A stretch of 64,000 nucleotides of DNA. Source: an uncultured Verrucomicrobiae bacterium. Lineage in GTDB: Bacteria; Verrucomicrobiota; Verrucomicrobiia; Chthoniobacterales; JAFAMB01. The stretch is taken from positions 256,001 to 320,000 of the forward strand of contig CAWEXO010000008.1 of assembly GCA_963813025.1 (NCBI GenBank), given 5' to 3'. Within the stretch, counting starts at the first letter, position 1; each line of letters begins with the position of its first letter. Positions 42,020 through 53,259 of this stretch are shown one piece after another. The notes under the pieces were generated by a model. It did not search any database and was not told the origin of the DNA. It saw only the letters and a list, made by a program, of their open reading frames with translations. The position numbers and the translations under genes were made by a program.

Positions 42020-44040
42020 TTAGGCCGCTGACCCGATGTTGCTGGGTTTTGTAGTTTCGATTGGCCGCTCATTCGCGCTGTCATCGGCCGCAGCTGCGGT
42101 TCGCGCAGCTTCAAGGCAAGCTTCCACAGTTTCCCGCAACGAACTTGTATAGTAATCCGCACCAAGCGCAGTCCGAAGCCGCACGTCGCTGAGAATAAGG
42201 TCTTCACTGGGCCAAAGACCGACAAGCAGTGTAGCTGTGGGTAGCCGACGCCGCAACCGGCGCGCTAAGTACTCAAGGTACGCAGGCGTGCCACTAAGTT
42301 GGAGATAGGAAATGCAGATCATTGCAGACCCAGTAAGGTCCGCTTTGGGCATCCGTTCAGGCGAGGTGGTTTCGTGAGCGAATACCCGCGCTCCTAAACC
42401 GTGCTTGCGGACCAGTTGCGCCAGGATCGAAGATGCTGCTTCATCCAGAGGACCGCTCCCGGCGACACACAAGACGGGCGAGCTCGACTGCCACGCATGC
42501 GGAAGATCGGCGGGTTTTTCGCCCTGCGGCGCCGTAGACTTGGGCAACTCCTGCTCCACTTGACTTGGTAGGCCACTCACGACAGCAATCGATGTCTTCT
42601 CGTCCGCACCGGCGTGAGGATCAGCGTCCGGGTATTCGTCCAGTTTCTCGATCAGGCGTTTGATCGTCGTTTTAATGCGCTCAAGCTGGTCTGCTCCTAT
42701 TCGACCCGCTGAGCGTCTGCGGCCGCAAGCCGCAGCCCTTTCAGTACTACCTCGTCGTAGTAGGAAGATAGAGAGCGTTCCTTGAGAAGCAGCTCCGCTT
42801 GGGACTGCGCTTCGTCCGAGTTATCGGCCAACATCCGTTGATAAAAGCTTTCAACTGGCGTCAATGGCGGCCGGTCACCCAGTAAGACATCGAAAAATTC
42901 CAGACGCTTCACGTGCCGGCCGAGAACAACGAGCACCAGAGTCAGAGGCGTCGACATGATGAGCCCGATCGGGCCCCATAGCCATCCCCAGAAGATAGCC
43001 GCCACGATGACCGCAAACGGTGATAGGCCTGTAGAGTGTCCATACAGCAGTGGCTCTAAAGCTTGACCGACTATCGGTTCGAGGACGAAGTAGAGCCACG
43101 CGGTCCAGATCAGCTTGACCCAACCCGGATCTACCGCAGCGGCTAAGGCCAAGGGAAAAACGGCCGAGAGGATTGATCCGACGTAAGGAACAAAACGCAG
43201 CAGTGCACTTACAACACCCCACAGCATCGGCGAGGGCAGGCCGATAATGGATAAGCCGATCGCAATGATAACTCCAAACCCGAAGTTGATCGCGAGTTGG
43301 GTAATGAAATAGCGGCTGAGGCGCCGGCCAGCGTCGTCCATCGCCTGCGTTGTGCGGTGCAAGTCGCCCGATCCGGTCAGCCGGATTAAGCGATCACGCA
43401 AATCTTCCCTCTGCAGCAGAGCAAACACTGTTACGACAAATACCAGCGCCGTGGTGGAAAGCGGAGCGACGAGCGGAGACAATATGCGCTGGGTCATCTC
43501 CAAAGGTGACGGGTTAGGGTTGTGCACTTCCACCGGCATAGGTTTCTGTTCCGTCGCCGCTTCCTCAGCGGGGTTTTCGGGAGAGGTCGGCGGCTGACCC
43601 TGCTTTTCACGTTCGACCTGCCGGCCGATGCCGCTCAAGACTCGATTGGCGCGGTCCAAAGTTAACCCGCGGAGCATTTCCACCTTGCGTTCGATGGTGC
43701 TCGCGTAGCGCGGTACTTGCCGGGACAGCTCAGCGATCTGCGCACCGACCATGCTGCCGATCCCCAGCGCAATAGCCAGAGCGAGAGCAACGGCCAGAAG
43801 TACCGGAGCAGTCCGTCCAATCGGCAGGCGCCGGAGCAAACCTACGAGCGGCACCAGGATGAACGATAGCAGGACAGCGAGTGTGACTGGTATCAATACT
43901 GCGCGGGCGAGAAACAAGGCCGCGACGATCACCACGGCCACCAAAGGGCCGAGCAAGCCTGAAGAGCTGGGAGTTTCGGCGGGTGGCACCGAGGCTGAAT
44001 CGCCTCGCGGCAATATGGAAAGTCTTACGGGTTCCGGCAT
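42020..44040 (-). CDS. AI-2E family transporter with long C-terminal domain (1-bp frameshift near 42707)
   Basis: REDLRDRLIRL, RFVPYVG, EPLLYGHSTGLS; adding one G gives QRGRIGADQLER and joins ORF 42020-42580. Confidence 0.85.
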
Positions 44041-44280
44041 GGGATCAAGATATCAAGTTAATCTCCTCCGCCGTGCGGTTGTAAGCCGGGATTGGCGCTT
44101 CCTTGCCGTGTTCCCAAGCCACACTTTTGACGGTGCCGAAACCGGCGTAATCTTGGACCAGCTTGGGCTCGAATGCTTCCGGTTTTAAGTCCGCGCCGTA
44201 CTTGCGCGCCCTTTCATAGCCCTGGTAGCGCTCGTGGTAAAGACCGGCATCCCGGGTTTCATCCCACAAGGTAGCTGAAC

Positions 44281-44694
44281 ATGAAAGCCAAGCAGCACCT
44301 GGAGCAGTCCATGCAAGAGGAACAAATACGTGAAGCCCTGAATACGCACTGGCACGCGTCGGCAGCCGGCGATGCAAACGCGGAACACGATATTTACGAT
44401 GACGATGCCATTTGTGATTATCCCCAGTCAGGCGAGCGAATCCTCGGGCGAAGCAACTTGCAAGCCTTGCGAAGTCATCATCCCGGCAAGCCGTCGGGCT
44501 TCAACGTCAAGCGAATTCTCGGAAACGGTGATCTCTGGATCACGGAATACACAATCACGTACCAGGGGCAACCAGCATACACAGTGAGTATTATGGAGTT
44601 CCGCAACGGAAAGGTCGTGCGCGAGACACAGTATTTCGCGGATCCCTTCGAGGCGCCGGCCTGGCGGAGCCAATGGGTTCAGCAGATCGCGTGA
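44281..44694 (+). CDS. NTF2/SnoaL-like protein
   Basis: DYPQSGERI, VSIMEFRNGKV..ETQYFADPFEAPAWR. Confidence 0.85.
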   Translation: MKAKQHLEQSMQEEQIREALNTHWHASAAGDANAEHDIYDDDAICDYPQSGERILGRSNLQALRSHHPGKPSGFNVKRILGNGDLWITEYTITYQGQPAYTVSIMEFRNGKVVRETQYFADPFEAPAWRSQWVQQIA

Positions 44695-44949
44695 CGCCGC
44701 ACTGAGGCGAGATTGAACCCCGACCGGCGGCTGAGCTGTTCATTCCTACTTTGATGATGGCCCGTCGGAAGTTATGGCGGCGACGCGCGAGATCCTTAGG
44801 CAGGGTGGGAGCTTCATCAAGATGATCGCTGGATCCATTTGAAGATTTGAAGCACCGGATAGCGCACCCAGTGGGTCGAGACGATGGATTGAGTAGGTGA
44901 GACTCACTGTGAGTACTCCTCGCGTCTGGCGCCTTCGTCGCGCGGAGTT

Positions 44950-45340
44950 ACCCATGGACACCATGAAGCTGGCGAGACAATATCACAGAGACGAATGAAT
45001 ATCGCAGCGGAGTCGGTGCCCACTGGCCTTTCCTTTCTGACCCGGGGCCTAAAGTCCAAAAGGACCTTGACATCGCCGAGTACACAGATCCTCTCCACAA
45101 TCCGATGATCCCCCACGTGATTGTCCTCGAGCCGGGTCTTGTGATTTATAAGATCTGCATGGACTACTGGTTCTTCGGTCGGCCCACGGTGGAAGATCTC
45201 CGCCAGGATTTACGGGCCGTTACCAAGAAATGCCGGCCGGACTGGGACATTACAACGCCCGAACTCAGAGCGGGGTGGCAACAAGGCCGAAAGGAACTCT
45301 TTTATCCTTACGGCAAAACGTACGCCCAACCTTGGGCGAA
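44950..45340 (+). pseudogene. Redoxin-like protein 3' fragment
   Basis: VQKDLDIAEYTDP..MIPHVIVLEPGLVIYK..YWFFGRPT..RPDWD. Confidence 0.55.
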
Positions 45341-45394
45341 CAGGACTAGGATTCGGGACGTCGGATTAAGCCGCTTTCGCAAGTGTGGCAGACC

Positions 45395-45605
45395 CCCGTA
45401 CGACCAGCGCACCGGCACATCACAGGCTTCCGCGAAATCGAGAAGGCTCGAAAACTTTGCGTTCCAGCACACATTCAGGCCGCTGCACACAAGCGACACT
45501 CGTGGGTCCGAACGCACAGGCCCCTCCGGCGGGTGCGGAGATGCATGCGACGGATCGACGACGCCGGGCGTTATCGGTTTTCCTGGGCCGAAAATCTCCG
45601 TGTGC
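45395..45605 (-). pseudogene. FAD/2Fe-2S oxidoreductase internal fragment
   Basis: HTEIFG..SLLDFAEACDVPVRWS, cut just before the Cys cluster. Confidence 0.7.
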
Positions 45606-45890
45606 CCGGAAGCCCTAAGGCCCTTCGAATTTTGTCGGCAACGTCTTTGTGCGTCCACGGGTAAAACTGGTAACGCATAATCATCGCATATCCGCCCGCT
45701 TGAATGAGGGCGTAGACCGACGTCTTTGGGAGGGCTCGGACTGCAAAAACAGGCGTTAGGCCGAGATGGCGCGCGAGCCTGATTTTGGTCAGAAACTCCT
45801 CAATATCGAGATACCCTAAAGTATTTTTGACCTCCACGCCGTAGGCCATGCCATCTCTCTCAAAAATGAAGTCCAGATCGTGCTCGTTGG
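45605..45890 (-). pseudogene. PD-(D/E)xK nuclease-like fragment
   Basis: HDLDFIFERDGMAYGVEVKN. Confidence 0.5.
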
Positions 45891-45891
45891 G

Positions 45892-46768
45892 TTACTTGCC
45901 GTCGGACCGGCTCAATCCATCCAGGCTGCGAAGGACGGCAGCGTCGAGTTCGATGTGTAAGGACGCGACGTTTTCTTCCAGTTGGGTCGCGGAAGTTGTT
46001 CCCGGAATCGCAACGATATTTGAAGATCGATGCAGGAGCCATGCGAGTGCGACCTGCGGTCTTGAAACATGGAGGCCCCCGGCCACCTCGGCCAAGGTTC
46101 CGCCGGCCGAGGCCAGTGGCGATCCCGGTTTCATCGGATCGGCGGCCAATGGGCCGTAAGGGAGAAACAGGATGCCATGCTCGGCGGTAAAATCGACGAT
46201 AGCATCGCTTTGACGTTCTACGACGCTAAACCTGTTCTGCACGGAGGCCATGGGCGCGGTCGAGAGGGCTTCTTTGAGCTGATCCAACGTGATATTGGAG
46301 AGGCCAATCCGCCGGATCTTTCCTTGTTTTTGCAAAATCGCAAGCCCCGCAACGGAATCAGCGAAGGGGACATCGGGGTCGACCCAGTGAAGCTGGTAAA
46401 GGTCGATGCAATCGACTCGGAGGTTTCTCAGGCTGTCTTCGCAGTCTCGCCTCAGTCCTTCGGGGGCTTCCGTCCAGAAACCGTGCAGTGGCCGTCTTTT
46501 TGACCACTCCGCCTTTCGTTGCGATAAAGAGATCGTCCGGGTAAGGAGACAAGGCGTCGGCGACGAGTCTTTCGTTCCAGCCCGGGCCATAGGCTCTTGC
46601 AGTATCGATAAATCGAATTCCCAAATCGAGCGCATGGCGCAGCAGCTGTTTGCCTGCGTCCCAGTCGATGTAAGGACCGTAATAGTTTGGCTGCCCTGTC
46701 AGGCGCATGGCGCCATAGCCGAGTCGGGGAACAAGGAAGTCGCCAGTGATCGAGAATGTGTTCTGCAT
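45892..46768 (-). CDS. Aldo/keto reductase (1-bp frameshift near 46475)
   Basis: RLGYGAM, FIDTARAYG, IATKGG / IDLYQLH, IGLSN, IPGT. Confidence 0.85.
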
Positions 46769-47074
46769 ATTTGCATTTCAAAGAGATTTCGGTTGAGGAT
46801 GCCCGGTGTTTGGTTGCCGAAGAAGATTCATGGCGCACCTTGCTTTTTTGCAAGTTTTAACAGAGACGAGATTTGAAGGTCCGGTCAGTTTAGTCAGCTC
46901 GATATACGATTCCGACGACAGACTAAGAGGGTGTCTGGGCGGCCTGATGAGCTTCGAGGCTTCGGCACTTTCTTCGGCGAGTGGCGTTGGGCAGAAACAA
47001 ACTTCCACCCAATGTGCTGTTCCATCTTGGGCCAGACGCGCGCGTTTCATGTCGCAGAGGTATTCGTCACCGCG

Positions 47075-47330
47075 CCCTGAGTCCTTACTCCTTGGGTCAA
47101 TCCGATGAGCTTTTTATAGCTTTGCTTTAACTGCTCCTGGCCTGCTTGCGTACAAGTCCGGGCCGCTCGGCCAATCTTCAACACTCGATGTTTGACCGCC
47201 CGAGCATGATGGACAATGGGAAGTTCGGAGTCCTGACAACCTCCGGCGATACGTTGCAAAGACCGGCTCGTGACTCGCACTGAATCGGCCAGCAACGAGC
47301 TGTCGGTGGGGTGGTGAATGTTGGTTTGTA
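47075..47330 (-). mobile_element. ISNCY/IS5-like transposase internal fragment
   Basis: TNIHHPTDSSLLADSVRV..YKKLI. Confidence 0.7.
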
Positions 47331-47604
47331 GAAGAGCGATTTCATCCTCGTCACCCTGAGAAATGCGGCGGACGAGCTCGCTGTGTATGGGCTTCAGGAT
47401 CCTCCACCCTCCACTGGTGCCAATCATATCTTTTCCGGAGTTTGTTGTCGTGGGGAAATGCGACTCGGTTCCCGCTTTGGATGCCAACGCATTTAGCGTG
47501 ACAGACGCAGGGGCACGCGCAGCAAATCGAGCAATCGAGCTGCCCCGGGGAAGAAGAGCGGGAGCGAGCCCGCGCCATGCTTAGTCCGTTGGCCTGAAGG
47601 TCGA

Positions 47605-47901
47605 TCAACTTTTCTGAGAGGAACCGGGAAGACCGTGATCTTTTAAGAATTCGTCAAGAACTTCTTGAAGCCTTTTGAGAGACGTGCCTTCCTCGACGTC
47701 GACTTCCACCACAGAAATCGCGCTCGGTTCGAAATTTCCTTGCAGCGCAGGCGGTTCGGGAACTTTAATTCCCGAGTTTGCTAAATGATCAAGAAATGAC
47801 CCCAACAGATCTTCTTGCACATGAAAGCTTGGAAGGGACTCGTCAGTGGGTGGCAGGAGAATAATTCTTTCAGGCGGCATAAAGTAATTGTGATCTTCCA
47901 T
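47605..47901 (-). CDS. Small acidic hypothetical protein
   Basis: 98-aa ORF with plausible composition. Confidence 0.45.
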   Translation of the reverse strand: MEDHNYFMPPERIILLPPTDESLPSFHVQEDLLGSFLDHLANSGIKVPEPPALQGNFEPSAISVVEVDVEEGTSLKRLQEVLDEFLKDHGLPGSSQKS

Positions 47902-48212
47902 TGATCGACGGCGGCCGAGGCCTCGGATGGGTCCTAGAAAAATTTGTTTAGGACGATTTGCAACCGGCGGGCGGTCCGGCCGTTGTCTTCAATGCGTCTC
48001 GAAAGGGTGCAACCGGTTTTAATGGCCGGAACGAAAAGCAGTCCCGGACTTACATTTAGTTGGCCTGAGGATACGTCGCGAACTGAATTGATCTTTTTTT
48101 CGACTGACGAGAGAATTACTTGCTTGTAGGCCGCCGTCGTGGGCTCGAGAGAGCTACTTAGTCTCTCTCCAGTAGTCGCTAAGACGTTAGCCACCGAAGG
48201 AAAATTTCGCCA

Positions 48213-49682
48213 ATGAATAACCCCCAGAATCCCTCTCCCACCCTTGGCTCTTATCGCATGTACCTCGACGGCGAATGGTCCAACGGGGAAGCTTCCGAGA
48301 CCATCGAAGTTGAAAATCCGGCAAACGAAGAAATTATCGCAACCATCCCCGCCGGAACGCCGAACGACGCCCAGCGGGCTTTGGATGCCGCCAGAAACGC
48401 GCAATCAGGATGGGCTGCACGTCCTCCGATCGAGCGCGCAAAATTGCTCCACAAACTCGCCGACGCCATCCGCGCGCACCAAGATCATTTAGCGCGAATC
48501 GTGACGCTCGAACAAGGCAAGCCGCTCAAGGAAGCCATCGGAGAAATCGGAGCGACCGAAACGTTTATCCGGTACGCAGCCGAAAGCGCTCGCCGGATTG
48601 AAGGCGATATCATGCCCTCCGACAATCCGAATGAGGAAATCTGGATCCGGCGAGTTCCCTACGGGGTCGTGGTTGCCCTCACAGCATGGAATTACCCGTC
48701 GGCACTCGCGGCCAGGAAGATCGGCCCGGCCCTGGTTGCCGGTAATACGGTCGTTCTGAAGGGTCACGAATGTACGCCTCTTTCTGGTCTGGAACTGGCC
48801 AGGCTCGCGCACGAGACCGGTTTTCCAAAAGGAGTTTTCAATGTTGTGACCGGCACTGGTCGCACGATCGGTGAAGCGCTCACGATGAGTCCGCTAACAG
48901 ATCTTGTGACGATGACCGGAAGTGTCCGCGCCGGGAAAGAGATCTACCGCGCAGGAGCGGAAAAGCTTGCCGTCCTCCGCCTTGAACTGGGCGGAAAGGC
49001 ACCCTTCCTCGTGATGGAGGACGCGGACCTGGAAGGCGCAGTGGAAGCGGCAGTCATTGCCCGGTTTACCAACTGCGGTCAGATCTGCACCTGCAACGAA
49101 CGGATGTACGTGCACGAAAAAATCGCGGACGATTTTCTCGAGCGTTTCGTCGCTCGGGCGCGCTCGCTCTCAATCGGAGATCCAATGAAGAACTTCGATC
49201 TTGGTCCGAAAGTAAATCGTCCTGAGGTCGAAAAAGTGGAGGCAATTGTGAACGAAGCAATCGCAGGGGGTGCCCAAGTGCTGCTCGGAGGCAAGCGTCT
49301 ACGCGATGGTCAGTTCGCGAAAGGTCATTGGTTTGAACCCACGGTTCTCACCGCCCTGGATAACCGTGCCCCTATCTTGCAGAGAGAAGTATTCGGTCCC
49401 GTCATTCCCGTTCTTCGGTTTCGCGATTTCGAGCAGGCCATCAAGTATGCGAACGATACCGAGTACGGTCTTTCCGCGTTCATTTTTACCAATGATTTCC
49501 GCCGGATCATGAACCTGTCACGAAGCCTCCAGTTCGGCGAAGTCTATGTGAATCGACCGAATGGCGAACTCATCCAGGGCTTCCATAACGGCTGGCGCCA
49601 TTCCGGCCTAGGCGGAGAGGACGGCAAGTACGGCCTGGATGGTTATTTTCGCAAGCAAACCACCTACGTTCGTTTTGCTTAA
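48213..49682 (+). CDS. aldA: NAD-dependent aldehyde dehydrogenase (AldA/lactaldehyde dehydrogenase-like)
   Basis: AWNYP, MTGS, LELGGKAP, NCGQICTCNER, EVFGP, GEDGKYG. Confidence 0.88.
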   Translation: MNNPQNPSPTLGSYRMYLDGEWSNGEASETIEVENPANEEIIATIPAGTPNDAQRALDAARNAQSGWAARPPIERAKLLHKLADAIRAHQDHLARIVTLEQGKPLKEAIGEIGATETFIRYAAESARRIEGDIMPSDNPNEEIWIRRVPYGVVVALTAWNYPSALAARKIGPALVAGNTVVLKGHECTPLSGLELARLAHETGFPKGVFNVVTGTGRTIGEALTMSPLTDLVTMTGSVRAGKEIYRAGAEKLAVLRLELGGKAPFLVMEDADLEGAVEAAVIARFTNCGQICTCNERMYVHEKIADDFLERFVARARSLSIGDPMKNFDLGPKVNRPEVEKVEAIVNEAIAGGAQVLLGGKRLRDGQFAKGHWFEPTVLTALDNRAPILQREVFGPVIPVLRFRDFEQAIKYANDTEYGLSAFIFTNDFRRIMNLSRSLQFGEVYVNRPNGELIQGFHNGWRHSGLGGEDGKYGLDGYFRKQTTYVRFA

Positions 49683-49834
49683 AAAATCATACCTTGTCCT
49701 TCTCTTCTGATCTTTTTTAAAAACGCGACCCCACGGCCAAGGCGATTTCCTGGGGTTTTCCAGTCCCGGCTTGGTTTGCCGCTTGCGCATACATCGTCAG
49801 CTCGATCTGTCTGAACCTCACCGCCAGCGGACGC

Positions 49835-50010
49835 TATGTCCTTGGCAGGCGTTATTCTTCTGGGTCTGATCTTCAATATCCTCAATTTCGAGAACGGTCT
49901 GGGTTGGATTTGTCTATCGGCCTACTGGCAGTCAGTGATCCGCGGAGCCTTTCTCATGATCGTCGTCGTGCTTCAGGCGAACCTGACCGCCCGGCACCGG
50001 TCTACATCTT
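49835..50010 (+). pseudogene. Sugar ABC permease 3' fragment
   Basis: LAGVILLGLIFNILNFENG..SAYWQSVIRGAFL. Confidence 0.7.
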
Positions 50011-50047
50011 AACCTTCCTACTCGATCTCAAACACAAGAAATCACTT

Positions 50048-51136
50048 ATGCCACACCTCACTGAACTGATCCCCGGATACTACCGAATCGCGCTGTCAGC
50101 AGCGGTTAGCGACAGCATGCACGGTCACATGGCCTCGTTTGAACTCAACACCGTTCGGCTTCGCGACTCTGATGGTGCAGAAGGGGTAGGATATACCTTT
50201 ACCTGCGGCCGGAATGGGTCCGCCATTCACGCGCTGTTGGAACGCGATTTTCCCGATCTCGCGCTCGGTCAAGATGCCGATCGAATTGAATTCTTATGGA
50301 CGAAACTCTGGTGGGGATTGCACTACGGAGGACGAGGCGGACCCACCGTGCTCGCGCTGTCCGCCTTCGATATGGCACTGTGGGATTTGAAAGCAAAAAG
50401 ACTGAATCAACCCCTTTGGAAGCTCTTAGGCGGGAATGATCGTCACGTTCGGTGCTACGCCGGTGGGATCGATCTCGATCTGCGACTAGAGCGATTACTC
50501 GAACAGACCGACAACAACCTAAAAAAAGGTTTTCGCGCCATCAAGCTGAAGGTGGGCCGGAAACGATTGGCCGAGGACGTTGAGCGCGTCAAAGCCATGC
50601 GCCAGCATCTCGGCGACGATTTCCCTTTGATGGTCGACGCGAATATGAAGTGGACGGTCGACGAGGCGATCCGAGCCGCACGCGCCTTTCAGCCGTTCGA
50701 CCCGGTTTGGCTCGAAGAGCCAATTATCCCCGACGATTTTGCCGGTCATTCACGTCTGGTTCGCGACGGCGGTCTGCCGATAGCGACGGGCGAAAACCTG
50801 CGCACGCTCTGGGATTTCAAACACCTGATTGAAATTGGCGGAGTGACCTTCCCAGAGCCGGATGTAACGAACTGCGGCGGTATTACCCCCTTCCTGAAAA
50901 TCGCTCATCTCGCAGAAGCCTTTAACCTGCCGGTTACGACCCACGGCGCGCACGATGTAACCGTGCATTTGCTAGCAGCAGTACCCAACGCTTCCTACCT
51001 GGAAGCACATGGCTTTGGCCTGGATCGCTACATCGCTGAGCCGCTTCACATCGAGGAAGGGTTTGCCATCGCGCCCGACCGTCCCGGTCACAGCATCGAA
51101 TTTGATTGGAAAGGCCTGGAATCCATCCGGGCATAA
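50048..51136 (+). CDS. Mandelate racemase/muconate lactonising enzyme family (sugar-acid dehydratase-like)
   Basis: DMALWD, KLKVG, MVDAN, LEEP, GEN, THG. Confidence 0.9.
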   Translation: MPHLTELIPGYYRIALSAAVSDSMHGHMASFELNTVRLRDSDGAEGVGYTFTCGRNGSAIHALLERDFPDLALGQDADRIEFLWTKLWWGLHYGGRGGPTVLALSAFDMALWDLKAKRLNQPLWKLLGGNDRHVRCYAGGIDLDLRLERLLEQTDNNLKKGFRAIKLKVGRKRLAEDVERVKAMRQHLGDDFPLMVDANMKWTVDEAIRAARAFQPFDPVWLEEPIIPDDFAGHSRLVRDGGLPIATGENLRTLWDFKHLIEIGGVTFPEPDVTNCGGITPFLKIAHLAEAFNLPVTTHGAHDVTVHLLAAVPNASYLEAHGFGLDRYIAEPLHIEEGFAIAPDRPGHSIEFDWKGLESIRA

Positions 51137-51183
51137 CACGAACCTCAGCGAGGCATCTCTCACTCGTAAAAGGAAAAACAATA

Positions 51184-51954
51184 ATGAAACTGAAAGATAA
51201 GGTCTCAATCATCACCGGTGGCGCCAGCGGAATCGGAAAAGCAATCGGCGAACGCTATGCCAAGGAAGGCGCCCGGGTGGTGGTAGCAGATCTCGACGGT
51301 AAAACCGCCGAAGGACTAGCACAGCAGTTCGGTAACGGCGCATTCGGTATTGAATGCGACGTAACGAAGCAAGAATCGATCGATCACCTGGTCGTAACGG
51401 TCGTCGAAAAAGCCGGTCGCATCGACATCCTGGTGAACAATGCCGGTATCTTCGCGATGGCTCCGATTACCGAAATAACGCGGGATCAATGGCACAAACT
51501 ATTTGCGGTGAATTCGGAAGGCAAATTTTTCACCATGCAAGCGGTCGCCAGGCAGATGATCAAACAAGGTCATGGCGGAAAGATTATCAACCTGGCCAGC
51601 CAGGCTGGCCGGCGCGGTGAACCGCTCGTTGCCGTGTACTGCGCTTCGAAGGCGGTCGTGATCAGTATCACGCAATCGGCCGGGCTGGCTCTGATTAAAC
51701 ATGGCATTAACGTCAATGCCATCGCCCCGGGTGTGGTCGATACGCCCTTTTGGGAGTTTGTTGATCGGGAGTTCGCGCGTTATGAAAATCGCCCAATCGG
51801 AGAAACCAAACGGATGGTCAGCGAAGCCGTCCCCTACGGCCGGATGGCCAAACCGGAAGACCTCACCGGCATGGCCGTATTCCTGGCGACGGAGGACGCC
51901 GATTACATTGTTGCGCAAACCTACGGAGTCGATGGCGGCAACTGGTTAGCTTAA
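51184..51954 (+). CDS. L-iditol/sorbitol 2-dehydrogenase-like SDR
   Basis: TGGASGIG, NNAG, ASQAGRRGE, YCASK, VAQTYGVDGGNW. Confidence 0.88.
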   Translation: MKLKDKVSIITGGASGIGKAIGERYAKEGARVVVADLDGKTAEGLAQQFGNGAFGIECDVTKQESIDHLVVTVVEKAGRIDILVNNAGIFAMAPITEITRDQWHKLFAVNSEGKFFTMQAVARQMIKQGHGGKIINLASQAGRRGEPLVAVYCASKAVVISITQSAGLALIKHGINVNAIAPGVVDTPFWEFVDREFARYENRPIGETKRMVSEAVPYGRMAKPEDLTGMAVFLATEDADYIVAQTYGVDGGNWLA

Positions 51955-52160
51955 ATGAGTAATCGTCTGGCAGGGAAACGTGCCGTTATCACGGCGGCTG
52001 GACAGGGTATTGGTCGGGCAGCGCTGAAGCCTTCCTGCGTGAAGGCGCAGAGGTGATTGCAACCGATAGCAACGAAGCTGCTCTTCAGTCCTGAGCGGTT
52101 GCGAAACCCGAGGGGCTTAATTAACGTTACCGATCCAGCCGCGATTGAGGCATGCAAAAG
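51955..52160 (+). pseudogene. SDR 5' fragment (BDH2/2-keto-3-deoxy-L-fuconate dehydrogenase-like)
   Basis: MSNRLAGKRAVITAAGQGIGRA..EGAEVIATD. Confidence 0.7.
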
Positions 52161-52300
52161 CAGAACTCTGAAAGCTTTGACTGGACATAGTTAAATCTTC
52201 TGTCGTCCACGAGAAGGCTCTCGTTTAGACTCTTTCATGCCCATGGCGACTCGCAAAGCTCCAACGAGCGCATCGCTTCCAAGAACGAGCCCACTGAGCG

Positions 52301-52735
52301 TTATGTCTCCCGCGCGACTTCAGAAGCATTCTTGTCCTCGCGTAAGCCGATGAAACTGCAATGGCGCAGGTGGCCAGCCGCAGTCCATTCTACGAACGCC
52401 ACCTGGCACACCAATTCCGGTTTCACCCACCGGCACTCCTTCATGTTTTCAATGGTAAGCGACTCTCCCCACCGAGAGGCTTTCTTTTCGGGAAGGTTCT
52501 TGAATGGGCAGTTTGGCGTTACGAGCCTCTCGAGTTTTGGGAAAATCTGGTTGCGCTGCATCGGCGTGAAGCCATTTTTCACCTTTGCTACAAAGATGAG
52601 CCCGGTATTTTCATTGACGCCGACCAGCAGAGCCTCGAAGCCATGCGTACCGGGAATGTAGCCGCCGACGACAAACTCCTGCTCGCGGTTGATGCGAAAT
52701 TTAATCCATGCTCCGGAACGCTCGCCTGCCTCGTC
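52301..52735 (-). pseudogene. LigD-type ligase C-terminal fragment
   Basis: GERSGAWIKFR..QEFVVGGY..WVKPELVCQVAFVEWTAAGHLRH..GLRED. Confidence 0.85.
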
Positions 52736-52794
52736 ACCTATCGTGGTTTGGAAATGAGCGATGTTGTCGGTTCGAGCCGATTATGTTCTCAGTT

Positions 52795-53005
52795 CGCTAC
52801 ACCCGGGAAACTGCTACGATAACGCGAAGGCGGAGGCGTTCTTTAGCACGCTCAAAAGCGAATGCCTGCCAGCTCAAGTTTTGATTCCAAGGTGGCTGCA
52901 CGTCGCGAGCTGTTCGAGAATATCGAAATGTACTACAGTCTTCTGAGCCAATCAGATAACGCACATTAACCAACTATCCGTGTCCGTTGTTTTCGGGGAA
53001 CTACA
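52795..53005 (+). mobile_element. IS3 family 3' remnant with probable right end
   Basis: GNCYDNAKAEAFFSTLKSE; terminal TGTCCGTTGTTTTCGGGGAACTACA ends in CA as IS3 ends do. Confidence 0.75.
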
Positions 53006-53019
53006 TTTTGGCCAACTAT

Positions 53020-53120
53020 GCCAATCGGGTCTTGAAGTTGGGCCTGGATCTGCACTCTCGGCAGGTGACGGTAGCGATGCAGGAAGATGGCGATCGGATC
53101 AAGGCGGCCGGGGAAAATGA
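53020..53120 (+). mobile_element. IS110 family transposase 5' fragment
   Basis: LKLGLDLHSRQVTVAMQEDG. Confidence 0.6.
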
Positions 53121-53259
53121 GCCATGGGGTTTTTCTGAATTGGGTGCAGGAGTCGCGAAGACGGCAAACCAGCAAGTCAACATCAACGTTTCGCAGAGTT
53201 CTCCATGTTCACTTTCGGCCTTGTTTAACAAGTAATCTTGATATTCGTTTTGATTGATC

